NCBI GenBank assembly: GCA_963843845.1
Contig: CAWJMB010000002.1
Coordinates: forward strand, 1,408,001-1,472,000
From: an uncultured Gemmatimonadaceae bacterium
Lineage (GTDB): Bacteria > Gemmatimonadota > Gemmatimonadetes > Gemmatimonadales > Gemmatimonadaceae
DNA length: 64,000 nucleotides
Direction of reading: 5' to 3'
Shown here: piece after piece, positions 55,438 through 64,000 of the stretch
Layout: each line of letters starts with the position of its first letter
Numbering within the stretch: the first letter of the stretch is position 1
Translations under genes and position numbers: made by a program
The notes under the pieces: model-generated
Seen by the model: the letters and a program-made list of their open reading frames with translations, nothing else
Told to the model about the DNA's origin: nothing
The model's database searches: none

Positions 55438-57899
55438 GACTCGTCAGCCTCCGCCTCACGAACTTCCGGCAGCACGCCGACTCCTTCGTGACGTTCGACG
55501 ACGGGCTCACCGGCATCATCGGCGCGAACGGTTCGGGAAAGACGACGATCCTGGAAGGGATCGCGTGGGCGCTCTACGGCAACGCGGCCGCGCGCGGCAC
55601 GCGTGACTCCATCCGCTACAACCGCGCGGCGCCGCGGTCGAGCGTGCGCGTCGAGCTCGAGTTCGACCTCGCGACGCACCGCTACCGCGTCGTGCGCGGG
55701 CTCACGAGCGCCGAGGTGTATCTCGACGCAGCGGCGGAGCCGATCGCGAACTCGATCACCGCCGTCAGCGACCTCATGCAGCGGCGACTCGGCATGACGC
55801 GCGCCGAGTTCTTCAACACGTACTTCACGGGACAGAAGGAGCTGAACGTGATGGCGGCGATGGGGCCGTCCGATCGCGCGCAGTTCCTCTCGCGTGTCCT
55901 CGGCTACGAGAAGCTGCGCGCGGCGCAGACGCTCGTGCGCGACCGTCGTCGGCTCGTCGTCGCGGAGGTCGCGGGGCTGCAGAGCGGCATGCCCGACGCC
56001 GACGCCGTCTGGCGCCAGATCTCCGACGCGGAGGCGCGTCTCGCGGCGGCGCGCGCGCGCGTCGAAGAGAGCGAGGCGCGGCGCGACGCGGCGTCGGCGA
56101 AGCTGTCCGAGCTCGCGCCGCTGTGGACGACCGCGCAGACCGAGCGTGAGCGGCTGCAAGAGCTGCTGGGCGAGGTCCGGGTCGCCGAGGGAGAGGAGCA
56201 GGCGCAGCTTCGCGATCTCGAGCGCGCGAATCGCGCCCTCGCCGAAGTCGCCGTCGCGCGAGCGGATGTCGAGCGGCTGACGCGCGTGCTCGAGCCGTTG
56301 GGGGCGCTGCGCGACGAGCTGCGCGTGCTGGACACGCTCGCCTCCGCCGAGGGGCGCCGGGCCGCGCTCGCCGACAGCGAGCGCGCACTCGTCGAGGACG
56401 TCGCGCGCCTCACCGAACGACACGCGAAACTCGCCGCGGCGCCGGCGCTCGAGCGGGAGACGCAGGCGCAGATCGACCTGCGCCGCGGCGAGGTCGAGGT
56501 CGTCACGGCGGAGTACGAGAGCCGGCGCGACGCGTGGCTGAACGACCGGCAGGAGGCGAAGACGCGTCTCGAGTCGGCGCGCCTGCAGTTCGCCGACGTG
56601 CAGGGACAGCGCGAGAGCGTCGTCTCGCTCGGCGAGAGCAGCCCGTGCCCCACCTGCACGCGGCCGCTGGGCGACAACTTCGCCACCGTCGTCGACGCCC
56701 TCGACAGCCAGCTCGACACGCTGCGGACCGACGGCAGCTACTACCGCCAGCGGGCGAAGCAGCTCGAGACCGAGCCCGACGACGTTCGCGCCCTCGGCGA
56801 GCGCCGACGCGCGATCGTGGGCGAGGTGTCGTCGCTCGAGCGCCGGCTCCAACGGTGCCAGACGGCGGTGGACGACCTCGTGACCGTCGAGCGCGATCTC
56901 GCACTGCGTACGGAGCGGCTCGATGGCGTGCGCGCCGACCTCGCGAAGCTCCCGCGCGGCTACGATCCCGCGCGCCACGCGGCGGTCCGCGCCGACGTCG
57001 ACGCGCTCGTGCCCCGCGAGACGGAGCGACTGCGCGCCGAGTCGTCGCTCGCGCGCGAGCCGCAAGCCGCCGACGAGCGCGCGCGCGCCGAGTCCGCGTT
57101 GAGGAGCGTGCGGGCGCGGCTCACGACCCTTCGCGATCGCCGCTCGCAGCTCGTCTTCTCGGAAGAGGACTTCACGACGCTCCGCGTGGCGTACGAGCGG
57201 ACCGCGGCCGACACGCGCGCCGCCGAGCTGGCGGCCGTCCAGGCGGCGGGAGACGCGACCGCCGCGCGCACCGCGCTCGACGCCGCGGAGCGCGTGCGCG
57301 TCGACCTCGCGCGCATGCAGGACCGGCTCGGTCAGCTGCAGCGCGAGAAGCGGCTCCACGACGAGCTGGATCGCGCGTACTCGGACCTGCGGACGGACCT
57401 GAACTTCCAGCTGCGACCCGAGCTCTCCGAGATCGCGAGCGCGTTCCTCGACGAGCTGACCGACTCGCGCTACACGGAGCTCGATCTCGACGAGCAGTAC
57501 AACGTCGTCGTGATGGAAGAGGGCATCCCCAAGCCGGTCATCTCTGGCGGCGAGGAGGATCTCGCGAACCTCGTGCTGCGGCTCGCGATCTCGCAGATGA
57601 TCGCCGACCGGGCGGGCCAACGCTTCTCGCTCCTCATTCTCGATGAGATCTTCGGCTCGCTCGACGAGTCGCGCCGCGCGAACGTGCTCGACCTGCTGCG
57701 GCGGCTCAACGACCGCTTCGAGCAGGTCATTCTCATCACGCACATCGAGGACGTGCGCGAGGGGCTCGACCGCGTGATCCACGTCCGCTTCGATGAGGAG
57801 CGCGCCGCGTCGGTCGTCGAGGTCGGCGACGACGGCGACGACGACCAGGGCGCGTCGCTCCTGGGGTCCGACGTCCTCGCCGAATCGGAGGCTGCCTGA
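55434..57899 (+). CDS. sbcC: SbcC/Rad50 SMC-family ATPase
   Basis: LTNFRQH, GANGSGKTT, coiled coils with central zinc hook CPTC, signature SGGEE, LILDEIFGSLD, ITH. Confidence 0.93.
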   Translation: MRLVSLRLTNFRQHADSFVTFDDGLTGIIGANGSGKTTILEGIAWALYGNAAARGTRDSIRYNRAAPRSSVRVELEFDLATHRYRVVRGLTSAEVYLDAAAEPIANSITAVSDLMQRRLGMTRAEFFNTYFTGQKELNVMAAMGPSDRAQFLSRVLGYEKLRAAQTLVRDRRRLVVAEVAGLQSGMPDADAVWRQISDAEARLAAARARVEESEARRDAASAKLSELAPLWTTAQTERERLQELLGEVRVAEGEEQAQLRDLERANRALAEVAVARADVERLTRVLEPLGALRDELRVLDTLASAEGRRAALADSERALVEDVARLTERHAKLAAAPALERETQAQIDLRRGEVEVVTAEYESRRDAWLNDRQEAKTRLESARLQFADVQGQRESVVSLGESSPCPTCTRPLGDNFATVVDALDSQLDTLRTDGSYYRQRAKQLETEPDDVRALGERRRAIVGEVSSLERRLQRCQTAVDDLVTVERDLALRTERLDGVRADLAKLPRGYDPARHAAVRADVDALVPRETERLRAESSLAREPQAADERARAESALRSVRARLTTLRDRRSQLVFSEEDFTTLRVAYERTAADTRAAELAAVQAAGDATAARTALDAAERVRVDLARMQDRLGQLQREKRLHDELDRAYSDLRTDLNFQLRPELSEIASAFLDELTDSRYTELDLDEQYNVVVMEEGIPKPVISGGEEDLANLVLRLAISQMIADRAGQRFSLLILDEIFGSLDESRRANVLDLLRRLNDRFEQVILITHIEDVREGLDRVIHVRFDEERAASVVEVGDDGDDDQGASLLGSDVLAESEAA

Positions 57900-57900
57900 C

Positions 57901-58878
57901 ATGGCGGGTGTGCGACCCTGGCGGGGCACGCGCGTCGTCGACGGCCCGCATCCGATCCGCGCCGACGACATCGCGGCGCTGAACGACGTGTTCAGCGACG
58001 CGTTCACCGAACGCTACCGGCGCGACGGGATGGTGGGCGTGCGCGTCCCCGCGCTCAACCCCGCGGTGTGGCGCTACGCGATCGACGATGCGTCGAGCGG
58101 CGCGATGCTCTGGCGCGGCGACCGCGGCGAGATCGCGGCGTTCAACGTCGCGCACCTCTCCGGCGCCGAAGGGTGGATGGGCCCGCTCGCCGTGCGCCCC
58201 GATGCGCAGGGCAGCGGGCTCGGCAAGGACGTCGTGCGCGCGGGGATCGAGTGGCTGCGCGAGCACGGCGCGCGCACGATCGGCCTCGAGACGATGCCGC
58301 GCACGATGGACAACATCGGCTTCTACTCGGCGCTCGGCTTCGTGCCGGGACGGCTCACGATCACGCTCACCGTCGACGCGATGGTCGGCGATCGGCCGCT
58401 GTCGCTCCTCGGCCGACTGGGGACGCGCGATCGCGAGCGCGCGGTGATCGAGTGCGCCGCCCTCACCGACGAGCTGCTGCCGGGGTGGGACTTCACGCGC
58501 GAGCTCGAGCTGACGGAGCGGCTCGCCCTCGGCGACACCGTGCTGCTGCGCGACGCGCAGGGTGAGCTGACCGGCTTCGCGCTCTGCCACTCGGTGCCGC
58601 TCGTCGAGGGGCGGTCGCGCGAGGAGCTGCGCGTGCTGAAGCTCGTGCTGCGCTCGATCGACGACGCGGCGCCGCTCGTACGTCTGATCGCCGACTTCGC
58701 GCGGCGCACCGGGGCGCGCCGCGCAGCGGTGCGCGTGCAGGGCGAATACGACGCGTTCTACGCGGCGCTCGTCGCGCTGCGGGCGCGCGTGCGGTGGACC
58801 GACTTGCGGATGACCTACGCCGGGTTCGCGGAGCCGGCGGCGCGGAGCGGGGTCGTGCTCTCGAACTGGGAGATCTGA
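57901..58878 (+). CDS. GNAT-family N-acetyltransferase
   Basis: GPLAVRPDAQGSGLGK (AcCoA motif), NIGFYSALGF; second degenerate GNAT-like half. Confidence 0.85.
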   Translation: MAGVRPWRGTRVVDGPHPIRADDIAALNDVFSDAFTERYRRDGMVGVRVPALNPAVWRYAIDDASSGAMLWRGDRGEIAAFNVAHLSGAEGWMGPLAVRPDAQGSGLGKDVVRAGIEWLREHGARTIGLETMPRTMDNIGFYSALGFVPGRLTITLTVDAMVGDRPLSLLGRLGTRDRERAVIECAALTDELLPGWDFTRELELTERLALGDTVLLRDAQGELTGFALCHSVPLVEGRSREELRVLKLVLRSIDDAAPLVRLIADFARRTGARRAAVRVQGEYDAFYAALVALRARVRWTDLRMTYAGFAEPAARSGVVLSNWEI

Positions 58879-58882
58879 CGCG

Positions 58883-59038
58883 TCAGCGCCGCGTGGTCCC
58901 GCGCATCACGATCCGCCAGATCAGCAGAAACACGCCGATCGTCAGGAGAAAGTGGATCCACCCCGGCGCCGCGAACGCGAACGTCGCGACGCCCCACAGC
59001 ACGAGCAGCGCGATCGCGCCGACGATCCAGAGATCCAT
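58883..59038 (-). CDS. Small two-helix membrane protein (lmo0937-like)
   Basis: MDLWIVGAIALLVLWG...GWIHFLL..GVFLLIWRIV. Confidence 0.7.
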   Translation of the reverse strand: MDLWIVGAIALLVLWGVATFAFAAPGWIHFLLTIGVFLLIWRIVMRGTTRR

Positions 59039-59140
59039 GAGAGCGGTACCGGGACGGAACGAAGGAGCGTGTGAGCGCGTTGTTCGACTGGGCGGGCGCC
59101 GGTAATCTACACGCTCGCCGCCCGCGCCAGCCCACACACC

Positions 59141-59554
59141 ATGCCTAACGTCATCGTCACGCGCCGACTCCGCTTCAACGCCGCGCATCGCGTACACAAC
59201 CCGGAGCTGTCGGACACCGAGAACGAGCGGCTGTTCGGGAAGTGCAACAATCCGAACTGGCACGGCCACAACTACACGCTCGAGGTGTCCGTCGCCGGCG
59301 AGATCGAACCGAGAACCGGGTACGTGATGGACCTCGGCGCCCTGCGCGACGCGGTCGAGCGCGAAGTCGTGTCGCACATCGACCATCGCAACTTCAATCT
59401 CGACGTCGACTTCATGCGCGGGATCATCCCGACGTCCGAGAACATCGTGGTGCAGTGCTGGCGGCGCATCGAGCCGCTCGTCGCGCCGGCCACGCTCGTG
59501 CGGCTGCGCCTGTGGGAGACCGAGAACAACTATGTCGAATACGAAGGGAAGTGA
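59141..59554 (+). CDS. 6-pyruvoyltetrahydropterin synthase family protein, PTPS-II (Cx5HGH) type
   Basis: FNAAHR...[19 protein letters not shown]...DHRNFNLDV...TSEN...WETENN. Confidence 0.9.
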   Translation: MPNVIVTRRLRFNAAHRVHNPELSDTENERLFGKCNNPNWHGHNYTLEVSVAGEIEPRTGYVMDLGALRDAVEREVVSHIDHRNFNLDVDFMRGIIPTSENIVVQCWRRIEPLVAPATLVRLRLWETENNYVEYEGK

Positions 59555-60200
59555 CGTGCGCCGCGTGAACGGCGGTGGCGACGGGGCGGTCGCGCTGTAC
59601 GAGGGCGACCTCGTGGCCGACCCGCGCGCCTGCGACGACATGGCGTCGCTCGTTCGACGCCAGCTCTCGCTGCTCGGCGAGGATGCGGAGCGCGACGGGC
59701 TGCTGAAGACGCCGGAGCGCGTCGCGCGCTCGCTCGCCTGGCTGACGCGCGGCTATGCGCTCACCGCCCGCGACGTCATCGGCGACGCGCTGTTCGACGT
59801 CGACAGCGAGAACATGGTGCTCGTGCGGGACATCGAGCTCTACTCGCTCTGCGAGCACCACATGTTGCCGTTCTTCGGCAAGGTGCACATCGCGTACGTC
59901 CCGAACGGCAAGGTCGTCGGGCTGTCGAAGCTCGCCCGCGTCGTCGACGTGTTCGCGCGGCGGCTGCAGGTGCAGGAGCGTCTCACCGAGCAGATCGCGT
60001 CGGCACTCGAAGACGCCCTCAAGCCGCGCGGCGTCGGCGTGGTCGTCGAGGCGGCGCACCTCTGCATGATGATGCGCGGCGTGGAGAAGCAGAACTCGCA
60101 GACCATCACGAGCGCGCTGCGCGGCGCGTTCCGCGACGACGCACGCACGCGCGACGAGTTCCTGCGTCTCGCGCACAACGGCACCGGCTCCCGCCGTTGA
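59532..60200 (+). CDS. folE: GTP cyclohydrolase I (start may be 59556 or 59640)
   Basis: [52 protein letters not shown]. Confidence 0.96.
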   Translation: MSNTKGSDVRRVNGGGDGAVALYEGDLVADPRACDDMASLVRRQLSLLGEDAERDGLLKTPERVARSLAWLTRGYALTARDVIGDALFDVDSENMVLVRDIELYSLCEHHMLPFFGKVHIAYVPNGKVVGLSKLARVVDVFARRLQVQERLTEQIASALEDALKPRGVGVVVEAAHLCMMMRGVEKQNSQTITSALRGAFRDDARTRDEFLRLAHNGTGSRR

Positions 60201-60234
60201 CGGCGCGCGCCCGGCGCCCGCACGAGGAGACGCG

Positions 60235-60999
60235 ATGACGACGCCGAACGCGCTGCACGCGTCGCGCGCGCTGCACGCGCTGCACGGCCGGACCGCGCTC
60301 GTCACCGGCGCGTCGCGCGGCATCGGACGGGCGATCGCCGCCGCGTGCGCGGCGAGCGGGATGCGACTGGCGCTCGTCGCGCGCTCGGACGCGCGGCTCG
60401 CCGTCCTCGCCGACGAGCTGAGCCGCGCGCACGGCGCGTCGGCGATCGTGCTCCCGGCCGACGTGCGCGACGGCGCCCAGGTCGACGCGATGGCGGGGCG
60501 CGTGCGCGACGCGTTCGGCGGCGCGCCCGACGTCGTCGTGAACGCCGCCGGCGTGTTCGGCCTCGCGTCGATCGAATCGGTCGACCCCGACGACTTCGCG
60601 CGCACCATCGACACGAACCTCGTCGCCCCGTTCCGCGTCGCGCGCGCCTTCGTCGGCGCGATGCGGGCGCGAGGCAGCGGCCACGTCGTGACGATCGGCT
60701 CCGTCGCCGACCACGTCGCGTTCCCCGACAACGGGGCCTATGCCGCGAGCAAGTTCGGCGTGCGCGGCCTGCACGACGTGCTGCGCGCGGAGCTGCGCGG
60801 CAGCGGCGTGCGCGCGACGCTCGTCTCGCCGGGACCGACCGACACGCCGCTCTGGGACCCGATCGGTCCGGACGAGCTGCCGGGGTTCACGCCCCGCGCC
60901 CGCATGCTTCGCGCCGACGACGTCGCCGCGGCGGTCCTCTACGCGATCGCCGCGCCGCCACACGTCAACGTCGACGTGGTCCGCCTGACGCCGGCCTGA
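60235..60999 (+). CDS. Short-chain dehydrogenase/reductase, probably NADP(H)-dependent
   Basis: TGASRGIG, VARS, VNAAG, GS...YAASK. Confidence 0.92.
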   Translation: MTTPNALHASRALHALHGRTALVTGASRGIGRAIAAACAASGMRLALVARSDARLAVLADELSRAHGASAIVLPADVRDGAQVDAMAGRVRDAFGGAPDVVVNAAGVFGLASIESVDPDDFARTIDTNLVAPFRVARAFVGAMRARGSGHVVTIGSVADHVAFPDNGAYAASKFGVRGLHDVLRAELRGSGVRATLVSPGPTDTPLWDPIGPDELPGFTPRARMLRADDVAAAVLYAIAAPPHVNVDVVRLTPA

Positions 61000-61035
61000 C
61001 GCCGGCCTGACGTCGTGACGCCGGCCGCCTGACGC
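60983..61035. repeat. Short 11-bp tandem repeat (GCCTGACGCCG) with degenerate copies
   Basis: TGACG cores at 60986, 60997, 61008, 61016 and 61030. Confidence 0.65.
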
Positions 61036-61063
61036 TCGCCGACCGACCACCGGACAGCCGCGC

Positions 61064-61708
61064 GTGTTCGTCGAGCTGATCGACCTGCTTCGCTGCGTGC
61101 GACCGCACGAGGACTCGTGGCTCGTGGCGGCGGCGACGCGTACCGTCGACCGCCACATCGTCGACGGCGCCCTCGGCTGCCCGATCTGCGCCGCGGAGTA
61201 CGCGATCCGCGACGGCGTCGTCGAGTTCGGCGCGTCGACCGCCCCACCGCACGCGCGGCCGCGTCACGCCGACGACGTCGTCCGGCTCGCCGCGCTCCTC
61301 GGGCTCTCGACGCCCGGCGGGACGATCGCGCTGGGCGGCGCCTGGCAGCCGCTCGCCGCGCCGCTCGCCGCGCTCACCTCGGTGCGCGTCCTGCTCGTCG
61401 ATCCGCCGCTCGCTGAGCCGTTGCGCGCAGACGTCTCGGCGGTGCGTGGCGGCGACACGCTGCCGATCGCCGCATCGAGCGTGCGCGGCGTCGCGCTCGA
61501 CGCGAGCACGGCGAGTGCGGAGCGGCTCGCGTCCGCCGTGAGTGCCCTCGTGCCCGACGGGCGTCTCGTCGCCCCGGCGAGCGTCGCGCTTCCGGATGGC
61601 GTCGTCGAGCTCGCGCGTGATGCGGACGAGTGGGTCGCGAAACGAACGGCGGGACCGGCCGCGTCGCGACCGATCCCGCTGCGTCGCGCCGAACCGCGCG
61701 AGCGGTAG
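61064..61708 (+). CDS. Trm112-like zinc-ribbon domain fused to a degenerate methyltransferase-like domain
   Basis: LIDLLRC..PH...GALGCPICAAEYAIRDGV; later LPIAASSVRGV...ALVPDGRLV. Confidence 0.65.
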   Translation: MFVELIDLLRCVRPHEDSWLVAAATRTVDRHIVDGALGCPICAAEYAIRDGVVEFGASTAPPHARPRHADDVVRLAALLGLSTPGGTIALGGAWQPLAAPLAALTSVRVLLVDPPLAEPLRADVSAVRGGDTLPIAASSVRGVALDASTASAERLASAVSALVPDGRLVAPASVALPDGVVELARDADEWVAKRTAGPAASRPIPLRRAEPRER

Positions 61709-61735
61709 GGTCTCGGCGCCCCGCCGAGCGGCGCG

Positions 61736-63628
61736 TCAGTCGGCGTCGGCGCCGGCGTACAACTCGTCGATCACGTCCTTGTACGACGCGTCGATCACCC
61801 GCCGCTTCACCGACAGCTTCGGCGTCAGCTCGCCGCGCTCGATCGAGAACTCGTGCTCGAGCACCCCGATCTTCTTCGGCGTCTCGAAGCTCGCGAGCCC
61901 GGTCATCTGGCCTCGCGCCTCCTGCTCCAGCTTCTGCCGCACGGCGTCCGTGCGCAGCAGGGCGGTGCGCGACGCGTAGACGTGCCCCTGGCTCCGCGCC
62001 CACGTCTCGAGCGTCTCCCATTCCGGTACGACGAGCAGGATCGGGAATTTCCGCCGGTCGCCGATCATCACGGCCTGCGAGATGAACTTGCTCGTCTTCA
62101 CCGCGTTCTCGATCGGCTGCGGAGCGATGTTCTTGCCGCCGGCCGTCACGATGATGTCCTTCTTGCGGTCCGTGATGCGCAGGAAGCCATCCTCGAGCGC
62201 GCCGATGTCGCCCGTGTGAAACCACCCCTCGGCGTCGATCGCCTCCGCCGTCGCGTCGGGGTTGTTGTAGTAGCCCTTCATGACGTGCGGGCCCCGCGTG
62301 AGGATCTCGCCGTCGTCGGCGATCCTGACCTCGACGCCCGTCGATCGCGCTTGCCGACGGAGCCGATGCGGAACGCGTCGGGGCGATTCACCGTGATCAC
62401 CGGCGACGTCTCGGTGAGGCCGTACCCCTCGAGAATCGTGATCCCGGCGGCGAAGAAGAACTTGTTGATCTCCGCCGACAGCGGCGCGCCGCCGCTCACG
62501 AAGTAGCGCATGCGGCCGCCCGTGCGCTCCTTGAGCTTCGAGAAGACGAGCTTCTGCGCCAGGCCGTACTGCCACGCGAGCAGCCCGCCCGGCTCCCGCC
62601 CCGCGAGCTTCTCGTCGGCCCACCGATACGGCGACGCGCGCGCCCAGCTGAAGATGCGCCACTTCACGGCGCCGCCCGACTGCGCGTTCTCGAGCACGCG
62701 CGCGTACATCTTCTCGTACAGACGCGGAACGGACATCGCGAGCGTCGGTCGCACCCCTGGAGCGCCGCGGCCACGTCGTCGAGCGACGCGACGTACGCGA
62801 TCGTCGTGCCGGTCGAGAAGTACATGTAGTCGCCCATGCGCTCGAACACGTGCGACAGCGGAAGGAAGCTGAGCGCGATGTCCCTGCCCTCGAACGGAAT
62901 CGCACCGCGGCGCCGCCGCCACGTTCGAGTGGAAGTTGTCGTGCGTGAGCATCACCCCCTTCGGGTCGCCCGTCGTCCCCGACGTGTAGATCAGCGTCGC
63001 CAGATCGTCGGGCTGCACCGCGTCGGCCTCGGCGCGGTACGCTGCCTGCCGCTCCGGCGTGTCGAGCGCCGCGCCGCGAGCTTCGAGTTGCGCGAGCGTC
63101 ATGTCGCAGCCGTCGCTCGCCGTGGCCGCGAAGCCGATGACGTGCCTCACGCCGCGGCAGCGCGCGCGGATCGACGCGACCTTCTGCGCCTGCCCCGACG
63201 TCGACACGAACGCGACGACCGCGCCCGAGTCGTTGAGCAGGATACGGGAGCTGCTCGGCCGGCAACGTCGGATAGATCGGGACGTCCACGAAGCCGCGCC
63301 GTGAGGCACGCGTAGTCGGCGATCGCCCACTCCGGCCGGTTCTCCGAGAGGATCACGACACGATCGCCGCGTGCCACCCCGAGCTCCCCGAGCGCGAGCG
63401 CGACGTGCCGCACGCGGCGCTCGATCTCGCGGTGCGAGATCGACACGTACGCGCCGTCCACCTGATGCTGCAGCGCGTCGGGCCGATCGAACGCCGCGAC
63501 CGCACTCGAAGAACATCGTCGGTCAGCGTTCCCGGCGCCGGGCGCGGCCCGCCGCGCGCGTAGGAGGTGGACGACGGCGTCGGCGCGCCGGTGAGCGGAG
63601 TCGATGGGCGCGTGTCGTGAGCGAGCAT
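61736..63628 (-). CDS. Long-chain fatty acid--CoA ligase (multiple frameshifts 62340-63520)
   Basis: GDRVVILSENRPEW, IYTSGTTGDPKGVMLTH, SGGAPL, EGYGLTETSP, GWFHTGDIG, DRKKDIIVTAGGKNIAP. Confidence 0.92.
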
Positions 63629-63785
63629 CGCGGCGTCGGGTGAGGGGAGGGAACACGGACCGCCGTCGCGCGGGCGATGGCTGAGACTGTCTCGTTGTTC
63701 GCCTACTGTGTGAAGCGTGTCAAGTACGGAGCGCGCCGGACGCGGAGACGCGTCGCCGCAGGGCGCCGGACGTCACGTACCCGCG

Positions 63786-64000
63786 TCAGCTGCACCCGGG
63801 TCCCGAGAACGCCGCCTGCCCTGGCAGCCCGCGGATGCGTCGCAGTCGCACGACGAAGCGCACGGAATCACGCACCAGCGTCGTCGGCGTCGTGCGGGCG
63901 GTGGCACGAACGAGGACGCTCGCCGTGTCGTTCACGAACAGCCGCCCGATCCCGTTCGGCACGACGCGCAGCAGCGCCGACGCGATGCCGGTCGACTCGG
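63786..64000 (-). CDS. C-terminal fragment of a gene entering from the right edge (beta-rich)
   Basis: Open frame ESTGIASALLRVVP...DSVRFVVRL...GPGCS* with host-like codons. Confidence 0.5.
   Translation of the reverse strand, partial: ESTGIASALLRVVPNGIGRLFVNDTASVLVRATARTTPTTLVRDSVRFVVRLRRIRGLPGQAAFSGPGCS

Noticed and set aside
59141..59554. queD / 7-deazaguanine DNA-modification island
   Set aside because: The motif is Cx5HGH rather than the QueD type, and no queC, queE, tgt or dpd genes are in the window.
60983..61035. CRISPR-like array
   Set aside because: The 11-bp units have no unique spacers, and no cas genes are present.

Overview
A very GC-rich bacterial chromosome segment. SusC/SusD outside Bacteroidota, expanded carboxypeptidase-regulatory/plug proteins and overall gene content suggest Gemmatimonadota (inference). 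Most of it is housekeeping: an M16 peptidase, a UvrD-type helicase, a lipoate/PDH/glycine-cleavage/CoA neighbourhood (lipB, lpdA, pdhABC, lipA, a LipM/LplA-like gene, gcvP, gcvH, coaBC, coaE), an Opp/Dpp ABC transporter plus a POT transporter, a type IV minor-pilin cluster, tdk and an acyl-CoA synthetase. The most notable items are: (1) an archaeal-style nurA-herA-(exported protein)-sbcD/mre11-sbcC/rad50 end-resection cluster; (2) a PTPS-II + FolE + SDR operon resembling tetrahydrobiopterin synthesis; (3) a recurrent octamer CGTT(A/G)GGC that carries most of the rare TTA codons I found; (4) barrel-less TonB-plug proteins and a SusCD pair sitting inside the PDH gene run; (5) a DEAD-box pseudo-helicase. 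Many conserved genes carry clustered indels, most likely long-read consensus errors, so several CDS calls span frameshifts. I saw no rRNA, tRNA, CRISPR array or transposase. All family assignments come from motif recognition, not database searches.
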